This document shows positions 49,213 to 59,593 of a DNA stretch of 64,000 nucleotides, one piece after another. A program made the translations under genes and the position numbers. Within the stretch, counting starts at the first letter, position 1, and each line of letters begins with the position of its first letter. Under the pieces are notes generated by a model, which was not told the origin of the DNA, searched no databases, and was given only the letters and a program-made list of their open reading frames with translations. Location: IMG/VR virus record IMGVR_UViG_3300014838_000019, positions 11,837-75,836 of that record, one strand, 5' to 3'. The stretch comes from a virus.

Positions 49213-51333
49213 ATGCCAAGTTCAAACCAAATACCGCCGACCAAGCCATTTGAGGACGAAATACTCGACGTAAAGAAGCAATCGCTATATGCGAGGCTAA
49301 AACGATTGTTCTCAACTGACGTTATTGTCCGCAACGTTGGTGGTAAACAACTCAAGATAAAAGACACCGATAGCATAATGTATGCTACGGATCGTAACAG
49401 TCTGAGAGACCGCTTCAACCGCATTCGTTCTTCGGGTTATAACGCTTATACTCGTGATTTTGCACTGTCCTATCAAGCTGCTCGCATGGACCTCTTTCGT
49501 GATTACGATACGATGGACATGGACCCAATTTTATCTTCTGCCCTTGACATTTATGCCGATGAATGTTTGACGTATAACGAAGTGGGTAAGATGATTACGG
49601 TTCATTCTACGAATAACAACGTCAAACGTATTCTTGAAAACCTATTTGACGAAGTTCTAAACGTCCGTTTCAATTTGTGGTCGTGGGTAAGAAACATGGT
49701 TAAGTATGGAGATTTCTATCTTAAACTCTATGTCACTCCCGAATACGGTATTTACATGGTTGAGCCAATATCAGCCTATAACGTAGAACGTATTGAAAAC
49801 TCCGATCCCTCCAATAAACGCTACGTTAAGTTCCAACTTCGTCCAACCGATACATCTCAAGCTGAAATCCTTGAAAATTACGAAGTGGCTCACTTCCGTC
49901 TAATTTCCGATTCTAACTTCTTACCTTACGGCAAAGCAATGATTGAAGGTGCTCGCCGTGTTTGGAAACAACTATCTCTGATGGAAGACGCCATGCTTAT
50001 CAGCCGTATCATGCGTGCTCCTGAACGTCGTATTTTCTATACTGATATTGGAAACATCCCACCAAACGAAGTGGATGCTTACATGCAGAAGATGATGGAC
50101 AAAATGAAGAAGGTTCCATACGTCGATGAGCAAACGGGTGAATATAACCTTCGATTTAATTTACAGAACATGATTGAGGATTATTATATCCCCGTTCGTG
50201 GTGGTGATAGCGGAACTAAGATCGACACTTTGGCGGGTATGGAGTGGACGGGTATTGACGATCTTGAATACGTCAAGAACAAGATGATGGCTGCTCTGAA
50301 GATTCCAAAGGCATTCCTTGGATATGAAGAGGGCATTTCCGGTAAAGCTACACTGGCATCCGAAGACGTTCGTTTTGCACGCACCATTCAGCGTTTACAA
50401 CGCATTATTTGTTCTGAACTTAGCAAGATTGCTATTGTTCACTTGTATGCCCAAGGTTATCGTGATGAATCCTTAGTTGACTTCGAAATCGAACTTACCA
50501 ATCCATCTACCATTTTCGAAAAGGAAAAGATAGAAATTTGGCAAGATAAGATTGGTGTTGCAATTGACATGGTGGAAAATAAATTCTTCTCATTCAATTG
50601 GGTTTACAAAACCATATTTAACATGTCTGAAGATGACATTCGTGATGTTAAAGATGAAGTTGTTGATGATGCCAAACAGAAATATCGTCTCAATAAGATT
50701 GAGGAGGATGGTGATGATCCAGCGAAGCCGTTTAAAAAAATTGGTGGTGGAAAAGGTGATGATGGTGATGACGAAGGTGGTCTTGGAGACATCGGCGGTG
50801 GTGGAGGAGGGCATGGGGGCGGCGGAGGTGGAATGGGAGGAGATTTGCCTGACTTAGATGACCTTGGAGGAGATGAGGGGGAAGGAAAAGATGGAGAAAA
50901 GGGAGATGAGGGAGATGAGGAAGACAATGATAAGGGTGAAAAAGAAGAAGCTCCCGACATGAAAAAGATCAAAGAAGTCGTGGATGTTAAAGACACCCGT
51001 GATCGAAGCGACCGTGACCAAAGCGACCGTGACCAGACAGGAGAGAAAGTAGCTCCGGCAATAGCCGAAGACCCAATTGGTCGGTTAGAACGTTCAGCAA
51101 CCCAAAAGAAAAAGAGTGAAGGAAAACCTAAGAGTGCGCTTACTCATAACTTTGAGGGCGGAAGCCCATTGGTTCTGAAAGAAAGATCAGTTCCATATGT
51201 TGATACGGGTATGGTGAAGAGTCTTTCGGAGTTCCTAAAAAAGACTCAACCTGAAACTAAACAAGAACTTTTAAGTGAGAATCAAAAGAGCGGAAGTAAG
51301 TCCATGATGGATGTTTCCAACATTTTAGAATAA
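49213..51333 (+). CDS. portal protein (gp20-like) with Gly/acidic tail
   Basis: QL.LMEDAMLI.RI.RAPERRIFY.DIGN, EDYYIPVRG, LKIPKAFL, DVRFARTI.RLQ. Confidence 0.96.
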   Translation: MPSSNQIPPTKPFEDEILDVKKQSLYARLKRLFSTDVIVRNVGGKQLKIKDTDSIMYATDRNSLRDRFNRIRSSGYNAYTRDFALSYQAARMDLFRDYDTMDMDPILSSALDIYADECLTYNEVGKMITVHSTNNNVKRILENLFDEVLNVRFNLWSWVRNMVKYGDFYLKLYVTPEYGIYMVEPISAYNVERIENSDPSNKRYVKFQLRPTDTSQAEILENYEVAHFRLISDSNFLPYGKAMIEGARRVWKQLSLMEDAMLISRIMRAPERRIFYTDIGNIPPNEVDAYMQKMMDKMKKVPYVDEQTGEYNLRFNLQNMIEDYYIPVRGGDSGTKIDTLAGMEWTGIDDLEYVKNKMMAALKIPKAFLGYEEGISGKATLASEDVRFARTIQRLQRIICSELSKIAIVHLYAQGYRDESLVDFEIELTNPSTIFEKEKIEIWQDKIGVAIDMVENKFFSFNWVYKTIFNMSEDDIRDVKDEVVDDAKQKYRLNKIEEDGDDPAKPFKKIGGGKGDDGDDEGGLGDIGGGGGGHGGGGGGMGGDLPDLDDLGGDEGEGKDGEKGDEGDEEDNDKGEKEEAPDMKKIKEVVDVKDTRDRSDRDQSDRDQTGEKVAPAIAEDPIGRLERSATQKKKSEGKPKSALTHNFEGGSPLVLKERSVPYVDTGMVKSLSEFLKKTQPETKQELLSENQKSGSKSMMDVSNILE

Positions 51334-51497
51334 GTAAAACGTATCTCCATACAAAATGGAGGTTTAGACGATATTGTCTATATTTATAATAGTTGAAGAT
51401 AAATACCAAATACTATGCAGAAGGTGGAATATAAATGCCCTTGTCCAGATGATTCGGAAATCGAAACATTTTCTAATATTTTGGAGAAATCATAATT

Positions 51498-52400
51498 ATG
51501 AGTCAACAGAAGAAAATGCGCCATTCCAAATTTCGTAATACCGGAATCTTGTTTGAGTTGCTAACCAAACAAGTTACTGCCGATATTATTTCAGGGAAAG
51601 ATTCTTCGATAGCTAAAGACTTACTTCATAAGTATTTTCGGGAGACCACCGAGCTTGGGAGAGAGTGGCAACTGTATAGCACCCTGCTCAATGAAAAGAT
51701 AAAGGACGAACCCCACGCCGAACGATTTTTTTCCGTTATTTTGGAAGCACGTAAGAAGTTGAATAGTCGAAAGCTTTCCATGCTTAAGTATGACTTAATC
51801 AAGGAAATAAAGGATGCATATCCTATAGAGGAAATGCTAAAAGCCCCCGTTCGTAACTATAGAGTCTTGGCTTCTATTTATAAAGCTTTTGAAGACGTTG
51901 TAACCCCCGATTGTAAGTTTGATGTCAAAGAAGTGTATCAAGCTAAAAACTGCATCGTAGAACACATCGTTGACCGACCGAAGGCATCACACCCCGAGGA
52001 CGAACTCATCAACTATTATCAAACTCAAACGGAGGATATACGTCTTCTAACTTACAAACTTCTCTGCGAAAAGTTTAATGAAAAATATTGCAGTGTTCTT
52101 GACGAGGACCAACGGGCAGTTTTGCGGGAATACATCTGTAATGTTGCTAATACCAACAACTTCGACGTGTTCGTAAAAAAGAAAGTGTCTCAAATCAAGA
52201 AATGTTTGAATGAGGCAATTGACAAAATCAAGGACGCCGATGTAATGAAGATCAAAATTCGTGAGGTCGTCAATCAACTTGATAAAATCAACCCAGGCAA
52301 AATCGTTAAAGATAATCATGTCATGGTGTTGATGCTCTCTTACGAATTGCTGAACGAAGTTAAAAAGCAATTGGAAGGAAAGCATGAACATCAATCTTAA
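51498..52400 (+). CDS. conserved head-module protein
   Basis: HSKFRNTGILFELL N-terminus; directly after portal. Confidence 0.7.
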   Translation: MSQQKKMRHSKFRNTGILFELLTKQVTADIISGKDSSIAKDLLHKYFRETTELGREWQLYSTLLNEKIKDEPHAERFFSVILEARKKLNSRKLSMLKYDLIKEIKDAYPIEEMLKAPVRNYRVLASIYKAFEDVVTPDCKFDVKEVYQAKNCIVEHIVDRPKASHPEDELINYYQTQTEDIRLLTYKLLCEKFNEKYCSVLDEDQRAVLREYICNVANTNNFDVFVKKKVSQIKKCLNEAIDKIKDADVMKIKIREVVNQLDKINPGKIVKDNHVMVLMLSYELLNEVKKQLEGKHEHQS

Positions 52401-53976
52401 TTTACTCAACAGGTTATCAGACCGATTTGGAGTTGGACCTTTATCGACACAGCCCCATCTTCAACAAATTTTGGCAAATACTGACCGTTTTGTCAAGGCA
52501 GATGCCGGATTTGAACCTTCTATTACGGGTGGCGGCTATCAATGGAATGATGAAGTTAATGGTTATACCTTGGGTAATAATCAAAAGATTTTCGTCTTAC
52601 CTGATGGAAAAGCCATTTGGATATTCAAAAACTCTCTCTTCCGTCTTATAACTCCAAATAGCATTGCTAAATGGGTATCAGCAGATTCCGAATATCCAAT
52701 GGGAAAATCCAATGCTTTTTTTACGATTTACGGAAAACTGACAGGACAAGATTTAGGTCAAGATGAAACGGCGGGTGATAATGTTCCTGATGGAGATCAA
52801 GAAGACGGGGGTGGAATAGCATCGGCAGATGATGAAAACGCACCTAAGTTTTCTAAAGCAGATATTCAAAAAATGTTGAGTGGAGAATTTCCAGCCGAAC
52901 CATCAGAAGACCCAAATGGACTTTCCGATGAGCCTTCGGCTCCTCTCAAAGGTGGAATGCCAGATCGCACAAAGATAGGATTACCAACTCCTGTTGGAAG
53001 TAAAGCTGACCAAATTATCCGAGCAATTTATAGAAAGGCTCATGTTGATCCCAATTCAAAGATGAGTAAACAAAATCCAATCCGTATTGACTCGGATGAG
53101 ATTATAGACATATATAACACCGCCAAAACATTGCCACCCGAAGAAAAAGAAAAGGTGATTGCGTTTCTTAAGAGTGGAATTGTTTTGCCAATGAAAGAGG
53201 GAAAAATTTATAGGTCTCAAATTCTATCACTTGTTGAACGTATTGTTGAAGGAGTAGTTAAGGAAGTTGAGACAGCTAAAACCAAGATTCAGGAAAAGAA
53301 ACGTTGGACTGTAAAGTTAGAAAAAGAACAGTCCGGTGCTTCTGCTGCTGGACCCGTTAATGGAAAAAAAGATTCCGACCAAGAAAAGCCTCTGGAAGAA
53401 ATGACCACGACAAGTGGCGGCGGCGGTTCCTCAGCAGGAACTCCCGGATATAACATTCCCGGAGCTTGGGCAGGTGGAAGTCTTGAGAAGAACAAAAAAC
53501 ACATTGAAGTTCTGGGTTATACACTTACTCCGACAGGTAAAAAGGACATGGAGCGTGCAGGGGATAACCTCTACGAAAATACAGAGAAGACAAAGAAATG
53601 TCAAAACTGTGGGGAAACTATGGGAGCCGATAAAACTCGCTGCCCTAAGTGCAAATTTTTAAATGGGGATGTGCCTAACGAAAAAGAAAAAGAATTGAAA
53701 TACGGGGCACTTCAAGAAGAAAGTGGATTAGGAGCAAGTTTTGATCGAGCACAACGTAACTATGATAACCAACTTCCTCCTGATGATGGCACTGGAGTTG
53801 ATGATGAAGAAGGAGACGATAACGGTGATGGCATAGAATGTCCCACATGTGGTAAGCATCAAGGCTATGTGACTGATAAGGGGCATCAAGGAAGCGCATA
53901 TTGGATTGAAATGAAATGTAATGCGTGTAATGCAGAATGGGGTCATGATAATTTCGATTCATTAGACGACCGATAA
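52384..53976 (+). CDS. putative prohead core/internal protein, modular, with zinc ribbons
   Basis: Acidic linkers, EEMTTT..GY.IPGAW motif, CxxC pairs; between portal and protease. Confidence 0.55.
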   Translation: MNINLNLLNRLSDRFGVGPLSTQPHLQQILANTDRFVKADAGFEPSITGGGYQWNDEVNGYTLGNNQKIFVLPDGKAIWIFKNSLFRLITPNSIAKWVSADSEYPMGKSNAFFTIYGKLTGQDLGQDETAGDNVPDGDQEDGGGIASADDENAPKFSKADIQKMLSGEFPAEPSEDPNGLSDEPSAPLKGGMPDRTKIGLPTPVGSKADQIIRAIYRKAHVDPNSKMSKQNPIRIDSDEIIDIYNTAKTLPPEEKEKVIAFLKSGIVLPMKEGKIYRSQILSLVERIVEGVVKEVETAKTKIQEKKRWTVKLEKEQSGASAAGPVNGKKDSDQEKPLEEMTTTSGGGGSSAGTPGYNIPGAWAGGSLEKNKKHIEVLGYTLTPTGKKDMERAGDNLYENTEKTKKCQNCGETMGADKTRCPKCKFLNGDVPNEKEKELKYGALQEESGLGASFDRAQRNYDNQLPPDDGTGVDDEEGDDNGDGIECPTCGKHQGYVTDKGHQGSAYWIEMKCNACNAEWGHDNFDSLDDR

Positions 53977-53982
53977 TTGTAT

Positions 53983-54867
53983 ATGATTAAGCTATTGAGA
54001 ATTGCAGAATCCTACGGGGCCGAAGGTCAGTTTTATGACATCGGGAAGGATTTTACTGGTTTTCGTAGAATGATTGATGGTGCAGATCAACAGATCAAGC
54101 AACAATACGAAAAGGCAATATCTGCTAAGTTAGTCGGAAAACGTGTTCGTGCCCGAGCGTCCCGGGGATATAAGCAATACGTTAAAGACTACGAGTTTGA
54201 CATTTCTAAAATAACTCTTGACGATTATTACGACAACTTTGTCGTTGTAGCATATGATAGCACGACGCCTAAGCCAAAAGAATACTTTCTCAAGACCGGA
54301 TTCAAAGTTCAAATTATAGGACCAGCGACGGGGCAACCATCTCCTGAAAAGGGAGGAGACCCACGGTTTCAACGTACCAAGCAAGCTGGACCTACCACAG
54401 TTCAACCAGATCAGAATGGAAATGCTGCTCAAGCTCAACCAATGGCTTTAGCTCCTGTGGGTCGTACTCCTCAAGAAACTCCCATGAAAGAGGGACAGAA
54501 TGCAGATGCACTTTACGATGCTTATGGAGTCGAAGAAATATCGGAAGACCTAAAATCTTGGTTGCCAGAGCTTTTACTTAAACCTAATACTGCTCTTCGT
54601 GAGTTTATTAAAGGATTGGGTTGGCGAAAAGAGATTGATGAAAGAACCAAAGTCGCAATGTATGACATACGCCTTCCATCGAGCATGGTCAAACCGAATG
54701 TTAACGAAGATACAATCAAACAGATGCTTGCAAAAGCTGCTGCTGCTCCAGTTATAGGAGAAGACCGGGAAAAGACCAAAACTCGATATGATTTAGTTAA
54801 ACTGGACCCCGACAAGAAAAAGTCAGAATGGAACGTTCGCATAAAGAAAGTAACCACAAAAGTATGA
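53983..54867 (+). CDS. hypothetical head-module protein (MIKLLRIAE start)
   Basis: ORF overlapping the protease start. Confidence 0.65.
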   Translation: MIKLLRIAESYGAEGQFYDIGKDFTGFRRMIDGADQQIKQQYEKAISAKLVGKRVRARASRGYKQYVKDYEFDISKITLDDYYDNFVVVAYDSTTPKPKEYFLKTGFKVQIIGPATGQPSPEKGGDPRFQRTKQAGPTTVQPDQNGNAAQAQPMALAPVGRTPQETPMKEGQNADALYDAYGVEEISEDLKSWLPELLLKPNTALREFIKGLGWRKEIDERTKVAMYDIRLPSSMVKPNVNEDTIKQMLAKAAAAPVIGEDREKTKTRYDLVKLDPDKKKSEWNVRIKKVTTKV

Positions 54868-55487
54868 ATATGTCAAAGACACTCCTAATGGAATGTATTA
54901 CCTTCGAGGCGGATCAGCGAATGCTCAAGGAGGCAGCATCCCACCCGAACATGCCATTTATGGTGCAGGGCATTTTGCAGCGCAAAGGTAAGAAAAACCA
55001 GAACGGACGTATTTATCCCGACGAAGTGCTTATGCGTGAGGCAAATAAGTATGCACAAACCTTTATTAAAGACCGTCGTGCGATGGGTGAATTAGACCAT
55101 CCCGAATCTTCAGTTGTAAACTTGAAGAATGTATCTCATAACGTAACCGAAATGCATTGGCAAGGTGATGATCTTGTTGGAACGGTTGAAGTTCTTACCA
55201 CTCCTAACGGCAACATTCTACGTGAACTTTTCCGTAACGGAATCAAACTCGGCATTTCCAGTCGTGGACTTGGAACCCTCAAAAAGATTTCTGAAAACTC
55301 TGCTGTCGTCGGGGATGATTTTGAATTAATTGCGTTTGATTTTGTCTCAAATCCCTCAACCCAAGGCGCTTTTCTAGCACCAGTTGGACAAATTCCATTA
55401 GCGGAAGGAATTTACAGAAACCCACGGACTAACCAATGGGAACGCACGGATGACATCATTCGTAACATCATAGCCGAAATTGGTTAA
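54864..55487 (+). CDS. prohead core protease (gp21-like)
   Basis: NQNGRIYP, GELDHP, VSH, TPNG, GISSRGLG, DFVSNPS. Confidence 0.95.
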   Translation: MNMSKTLLMECITFEADQRMLKEAASHPNMPFMVQGILQRKGKKNQNGRIYPDEVLMREANKYAQTFIKDRRAMGELDHPESSVVNLKNVSHNVTEMHWQGDDLVGTVEVLTTPNGNILRELFRNGIKLGISSRGLGTLKKISENSAVVGDDFELIAFDFVSNPSTQGAFLAPVGQIPLAEGIYRNPRTNQWERTDDIIRNIIAEIG

Positions 55488-55531
55488 TTTGACTTGATTG
55501 CATTGTACTTATATGATAGTATAATGCAGCA

Positions 55532-57217
55532 ATGTCAAGTATGAATAATTTAATTGGATGGATAAAGAATAATTTACAATATTCTCGTGGATTAATTTGT
55601 AAAAAATGTAAATTAGCGTGGTTCGAAAAATATGATTACTTGGATATGTGGCAACAAATACATGAGGTCACATCTTTTTTAGATATATTAAATCCTACAT
55701 TTCCACAAAGAGTGTGGCATATTATTAATGATAAAAAATTAGTTAAATGTGCCAATCCAACTTGCCAAAATTCTCCCAACTTCTGGTCATTCAATGAAGG
55801 ATATTTACGAACATGCTCCCCCGTATGTGCTCAATATGATCCGCTCACCCAAGAAAAAATAAATATCACTAACCTGGAAAAATATGGATATAAATATGGA
55901 TTGCAAAATGAGGATATAATCAAAAAAAGAATATTCACCATCCAAGAAAAATATGGCGTCGAAAATATTTCTCAGGTCGCAGGAATATCTGATAAAAAGC
56001 AAGAAACATGTTTAAAAAATTATGGAACAAAATGGTTCTTGGAAAGAACAGATATTGTTAAGAAATGTTTAATGGAGAAATATGGGGTTGGTAATGTTCA
56101 ACAAGTAAGTGAAATATCAAATAGAACATCTCAGACAAGAACTGATAAATTTTATGATGATTTGGTAAAATCTGATAGATTTAAAGGAAAGGTTGTTCCT
56201 ATGTTTACAAAAGATGAGTATGTAGGAGTAGGGTCTGAATATAAGTTTAAATGTTCATCTTGTTTTACAGAATTCTCCTATGTTTTACGATGGGATAGAA
56301 TACCCCGATGCCCCATTTGTTTCAAAGGTTCATCTGTATTTGAAACAGAGGTGACGGAGTATATAAAATCTCTATTGTCGGGGGATGTAATATTGGAAAA
56401 TACAAAGTCCATTTTATCAAACAATTTTGAATTGGATATCTACATCCCATCTAAAAAGATAGCGGTTGAATGTAATGGATTGTTTTGGCATGGAGAGGTT
56501 GGTGGTAATAAAGGACGAAAATATCATCTAAATAAAACAATCGAGTGTGAATCTAAAGGTATAAGACTCATTCATATATTTGAAGATGAGTGGATATTAT
56601 CATCTGACATAGTTAAAAATAGATTATCTCATATGCTGGGATTACATACTAAATCCATTTATGCCAGAGATTGTGAAATTAAAGAAACATCTGTGCAAGA
56701 CAAAAATATTTTTTTAGATGCGAATCATATACAAGGGAGTGACCGCAGTAAAATACGGATTGGGTTATTTCATAAAGATATGATGGTAGCAATTATGACA
56801 TTTGGAAGTAAGAGAATATTTACAAATTCTACCAACATTGTAGATGAATATGAACTTATAAGATATGCTACATCTACACCAGTCGTTGGTGGTGCGGGAA
56901 AATTAATAGCACATTTTATAAAAACATATTCTCCAAAGAAGATTATTTCATATGCTGATAGAAGATGGACATATTATAAAAATAATCTATATGAAAAAAT
57001 TGGATTTCAAAAAGTATCCGATGGCACCCCAAATTATTGGTATTTTGGTCGATATGGCAATTATAGAAGATTCCATCGGTTTGGATTTGCCAAACATACT
57101 TTACCAAAAAAGTTAATATTGTTTGACCCTAGCCTGTCCGAATGGGAAAATATGAAAAATAATGGATGGGATAGAATATGGGATTGCGGTAGTTTGAAGT
57201 ATGAAATGACATTTTGA
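55532..57217 (+). CDS. Hef-like homing endonuclease
   Basis: EKYG repeats; ELDIYIP...AVECNG.FWH, IHIFEDEW, ISYAD.RW, IWDCG. Confidence 0.8.
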   Translation: MSSMNNLIGWIKNNLQYSRGLICKKCKLAWFEKYDYLDMWQQIHEVTSFLDILNPTFPQRVWHIINDKKLVKCANPTCQNSPNFWSFNEGYLRTCSPVCAQYDPLTQEKINITNLEKYGYKYGLQNEDIIKKRIFTIQEKYGVENISQVAGISDKKQETCLKNYGTKWFLERTDIVKKCLMEKYGVGNVQQVSEISNRTSQTRTDKFYDDLVKSDRFKGKVVPMFTKDEYVGVGSEYKFKCSSCFTEFSYVLRWDRIPRCPICFKGSSVFETEVTEYIKSLLSGDVILENTKSILSNNFELDIYIPSKKIAVECNGLFWHGEVGGNKGRKYHLNKTIECESKGIRLIHIFEDEWILSSDIVKNRLSHMLGLHTKSIYARDCEIKETSVQDKNIFLDANHIQGSDRSKIRIGLFHKDMMVAIMTFGSKRIFTNSTNIVDEYELIRYATSTPVVGGAGKLIAHFIKTYSPKKIISYADRRWTYYKNNLYEKIGFQKVSDGTPNYWYFGRYGNYRRFHRFGFAKHTLPKKLILFDPSLSEWENMKNNGWDRIWDCGSLKYEMTF

Positions 57218-57232
57218 CATATATTTATAAAC

Positions 57233-57622
57233 ATGAAACCAATGTTTATACGCCTAGACGAAAATATATTTCGACTTGAAGAGGCTCCAACCGTAGTAAA
57301 TAAATTGTCAAAGCCTGAGCGCAATGCTATTAGCAATGCGTTTGCTAAAATGGGACTTGATGGTAACGGTCGTTTTGACAAGAAAGAGCAAGGACTGAGT
57401 GCAGTAACCCAAGCATTGGATAGTTTGGGATTTCAACTTGATATGGTATCGAGAGATATAATCATTGGAGATCAAGGAAGTCGAATGTTGTTGTTCCGTC
57501 GTCGTAATGCCGAAGGAGCCGACGCATTTACCGAACAGCCAGAAATTTCCAATAGCCGAATCGTTTTTACATGGGAACTTATGGGTCAAAACAGATTTGA
57601 GATTTTGGCATACGCATCATAA
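57233..57622 (+). CDS. hypothetical protein
   Basis: Follows ATATTTATA; ends in the EILAYAS motif. Confidence 0.65.
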   Translation: MKPMFIRLDENIFRLEEAPTVVNKLSKPERNAISNAFAKMGLDGNGRFDKKEQGLSAVTQALDSLGFQLDMVSRDIIIGDQGSRMLLFRRRNAEGADAFTEQPEISNSRIVFTWELMGQNRFEILAYAS

Positions 57623-57625
57623 TAT

Positions 57626-58825
57626 ATGGACTCCCACTCATTCTTGAAACAATGTATATCCGAAGTTATTGTTGAACCTATCAACGAACGAAAGCTTCGT
57701 TGTTCTGTTTGTGGAGGACATGCCAAAGGAAAACAATGGTGGAATCAAGATAAGGGCTATGGTATATGCAGTCAATGCGCTTCTAAAATGAAGGCTGACG
57801 GAAAAGAAGATATTAACCAATCGTATGGAAAAGAAGGGACGCATTATTTTCTAAAAGAAATTTCCGTGAATGAAGAGGCACAGCCTGAACCGTATAATGA
57901 TGATGAAACGGATACATTTTCTCCCGGTCCAAGGGATCGTGTAGAACCATCTAAAAAGTCGAAAGAAGATTCGACGAAATCAGATTATTCCAAGTCTAAA
58001 AAGAAAAAGGCAATGGAAAAATTTGTGAAGGAATGCCTCTCAGAAGTTATCATTGAACCTCTCAAGCCGAAGGCTACTAACTTGGTAAAAGAATGTATCC
58101 TCGAAGTTTTGAAAGATCGTTTGACCGAAGGAGGATACGATCCACAATCTCAAGCGGGACCAAATTCTCCGTGCGAAAACCCATACCCGGGTTGGAACAG
58201 TAAAATGGCAAAGATGGAGGAGGACACATCAGATGCAGATTTTTCAGAACCTCAAACGTGGAAATGTAAAGGGCAACGGGTTCAAGTTACATTTTTTAAA
58301 AATGGAAAAAATGAAACTCAGTTTGGAGTAATAAAAGAACCTCAAATAAATCAAGCCATTATTAAACCCGATATGGGGTATAATACAATCGTCGTTCCGT
58401 GGAAATATATTAAACCATTAATAAACGCCCAATTTGGAGTGAATGAATCAGACCCGCACGGACGCTATGCTCAAGATGCGGGAGCGGGTCAATTTGATCC
58501 ACGCACTTTTGGTGTTAATGAGGAGAGTTCACAATCCAAAGAGATTCAATGGACATGTCCTCATTGCAAAAAGCCGACTCAAGTCCAAATCGAAATAGCT
58601 TCTCCATCTGATTATATCGCTTGTTCAGATTGCGTTAACTGTGGGAAAGAAATAAAAGACCCAAAATTGGATCAAGAAGTTTACAAAATGGTCATAGGTC
58701 ATTTTGCTGGAAATAAAGAAATTAAGGTAAATGAGGCTGGCGGAACTTGGGGAGAAATAGAAAAAGACAATAAGAGCGATAAGCCTCTACCAAATAAAAC
58801 TACATATCCTTCACGTTGGAATTAA
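57626..58825 (+). CDS. modular hypothetical protein with repeated K(Q/E)C(I/L)xEV motifs and zinc ribbons
   Basis: LKQCISEVIVEP / VKECLSEVIIEP / VKECILEV; CxxC pairs. Confidence 0.65.
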   Translation: MDSHSFLKQCISEVIVEPINERKLRCSVCGGHAKGKQWWNQDKGYGICSQCASKMKADGKEDINQSYGKEGTHYFLKEISVNEEAQPEPYNDDETDTFSPGPRDRVEPSKKSKEDSTKSDYSKSKKKKAMEKFVKECLSEVIIEPLKPKATNLVKECILEVLKDRLTEGGYDPQSQAGPNSPCENPYPGWNSKMAKMEEDTSDADFSEPQTWKCKGQRVQVTFFKNGKNETQFGVIKEPQINQAIIKPDMGYNTIVVPWKYIKPLINAQFGVNESDPHGRYAQDAGAGQFDPRTFGVNEESSQSKEIQWTCPHCKKPTQVQIEIASPSDYIACSDCVNCGKEIKDPKLDQEVYKMVIGHFAGNKEIKVNEAGGTWGEIEKDNKSDKPLPNKTTYPSRWN

Positions 58826-58982
58826 AATAAGTTGCTTCTTCTAGTTTTTGTTGCTATACTCCCTCAAGTATTATGCAACAGAAAAAATCATCATTAACCC
58901 CGACACAAACAAATGTTGTCGGGTTTTGTGCGTTTATTACCGATGGATGGTGAGTTGATTGAAACAAAATAGACTACAAATT

Positions 58983-59372
58983 ATGAATACAAACGAATCC
59001 GAGGGTATAACTCCAGAATTTAAACAAGAGTGTGAGAATCACTATAATCAAATGAATGATAACACTGAAGTTGATGACGAAAATAAAAAATTGAAGTTCG
59101 TCCGCATGTCCATGCCCGCCGAGCATATGGACTTCATAATGAACTATTACAAGTTGCCCAATATGGTTGAAGTAAATCGGGTATCAATCTACATTTTGAA
59201 GACCCTTGCTCATATGGAACAGGACGGATATAAATTCGCCGTGTTTAAGACCGAAAAGAATGCTGAAGGTAAGGATGTAATAACTTCCGAGGGCAGTATT
59301 GGGTTATCCATTACGGATATGGTGAACACTCTTATGAAGCATATGAATGACGGACTTCCTCCCAAAAAATGA
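58983..59372 (+). CDS. hypothetical protein
   Basis: ORF downstream of a TTGCTT-17-TATACT promoter. Confidence 0.6.
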   Translation: MNTNESEGITPEFKQECENHYNQMNDNTEVDDENKKLKFVRMSMPAEHMDFIMNYYKLPNMVEVNRVSIYILKTLAHMEQDGYKFAVFKTEKNAEGKDVITSEGSIGLSITDMVNTLMKHMNDGLPPKK

Positions 59373-59593
59373 AAAGACGTGGCTTTCTCAAACATTTAAT
59401 GGTAATTGCTGGTGCGGTGTGCTTACCGACCACAATACTGAATTATGACCCAGTAAAACGAGTCATTGTTAATAAACCAACGCCCGATGTATCCATGCTG
59501 ACTGGGTATAAAGGAGATCGGGTTCTGGAAGTTGGATATGTTTACGGCCCATATATTCCTATATTTAGGACTCCCAATTTACAGAAAATATGA
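59369..59593 (+). CDS. twin-arginine-signal mini-protein carrying a gp23-like motif
   Basis: MKRRGFLK plus hydrophobic stretch; GYKG-x6-G-x2-YGPYIP; ATGA overlaps on both sides. Confidence 0.7.
   Translation: MKRRGFLKHLMVIAGAVCLPTTILNYDPVKRVIVNKPTPDVSMLTGYKGDRVLEVGYVYGPYIPIFRTPNLQKI

Noticed and set aside
50604-50996. Pro/Ser-rich minus-strand ORF and other antisense ORFs in the track
   Set aside because: They are shadows of low-complexity or well-supported plus-strand genes
47499-51333. Inteins or introns in terminase and portal
   Set aside because: Both ORFs are continuous with expected motif spacing and no intein boundary motifs; the portal's extra length is a low-complexity tail
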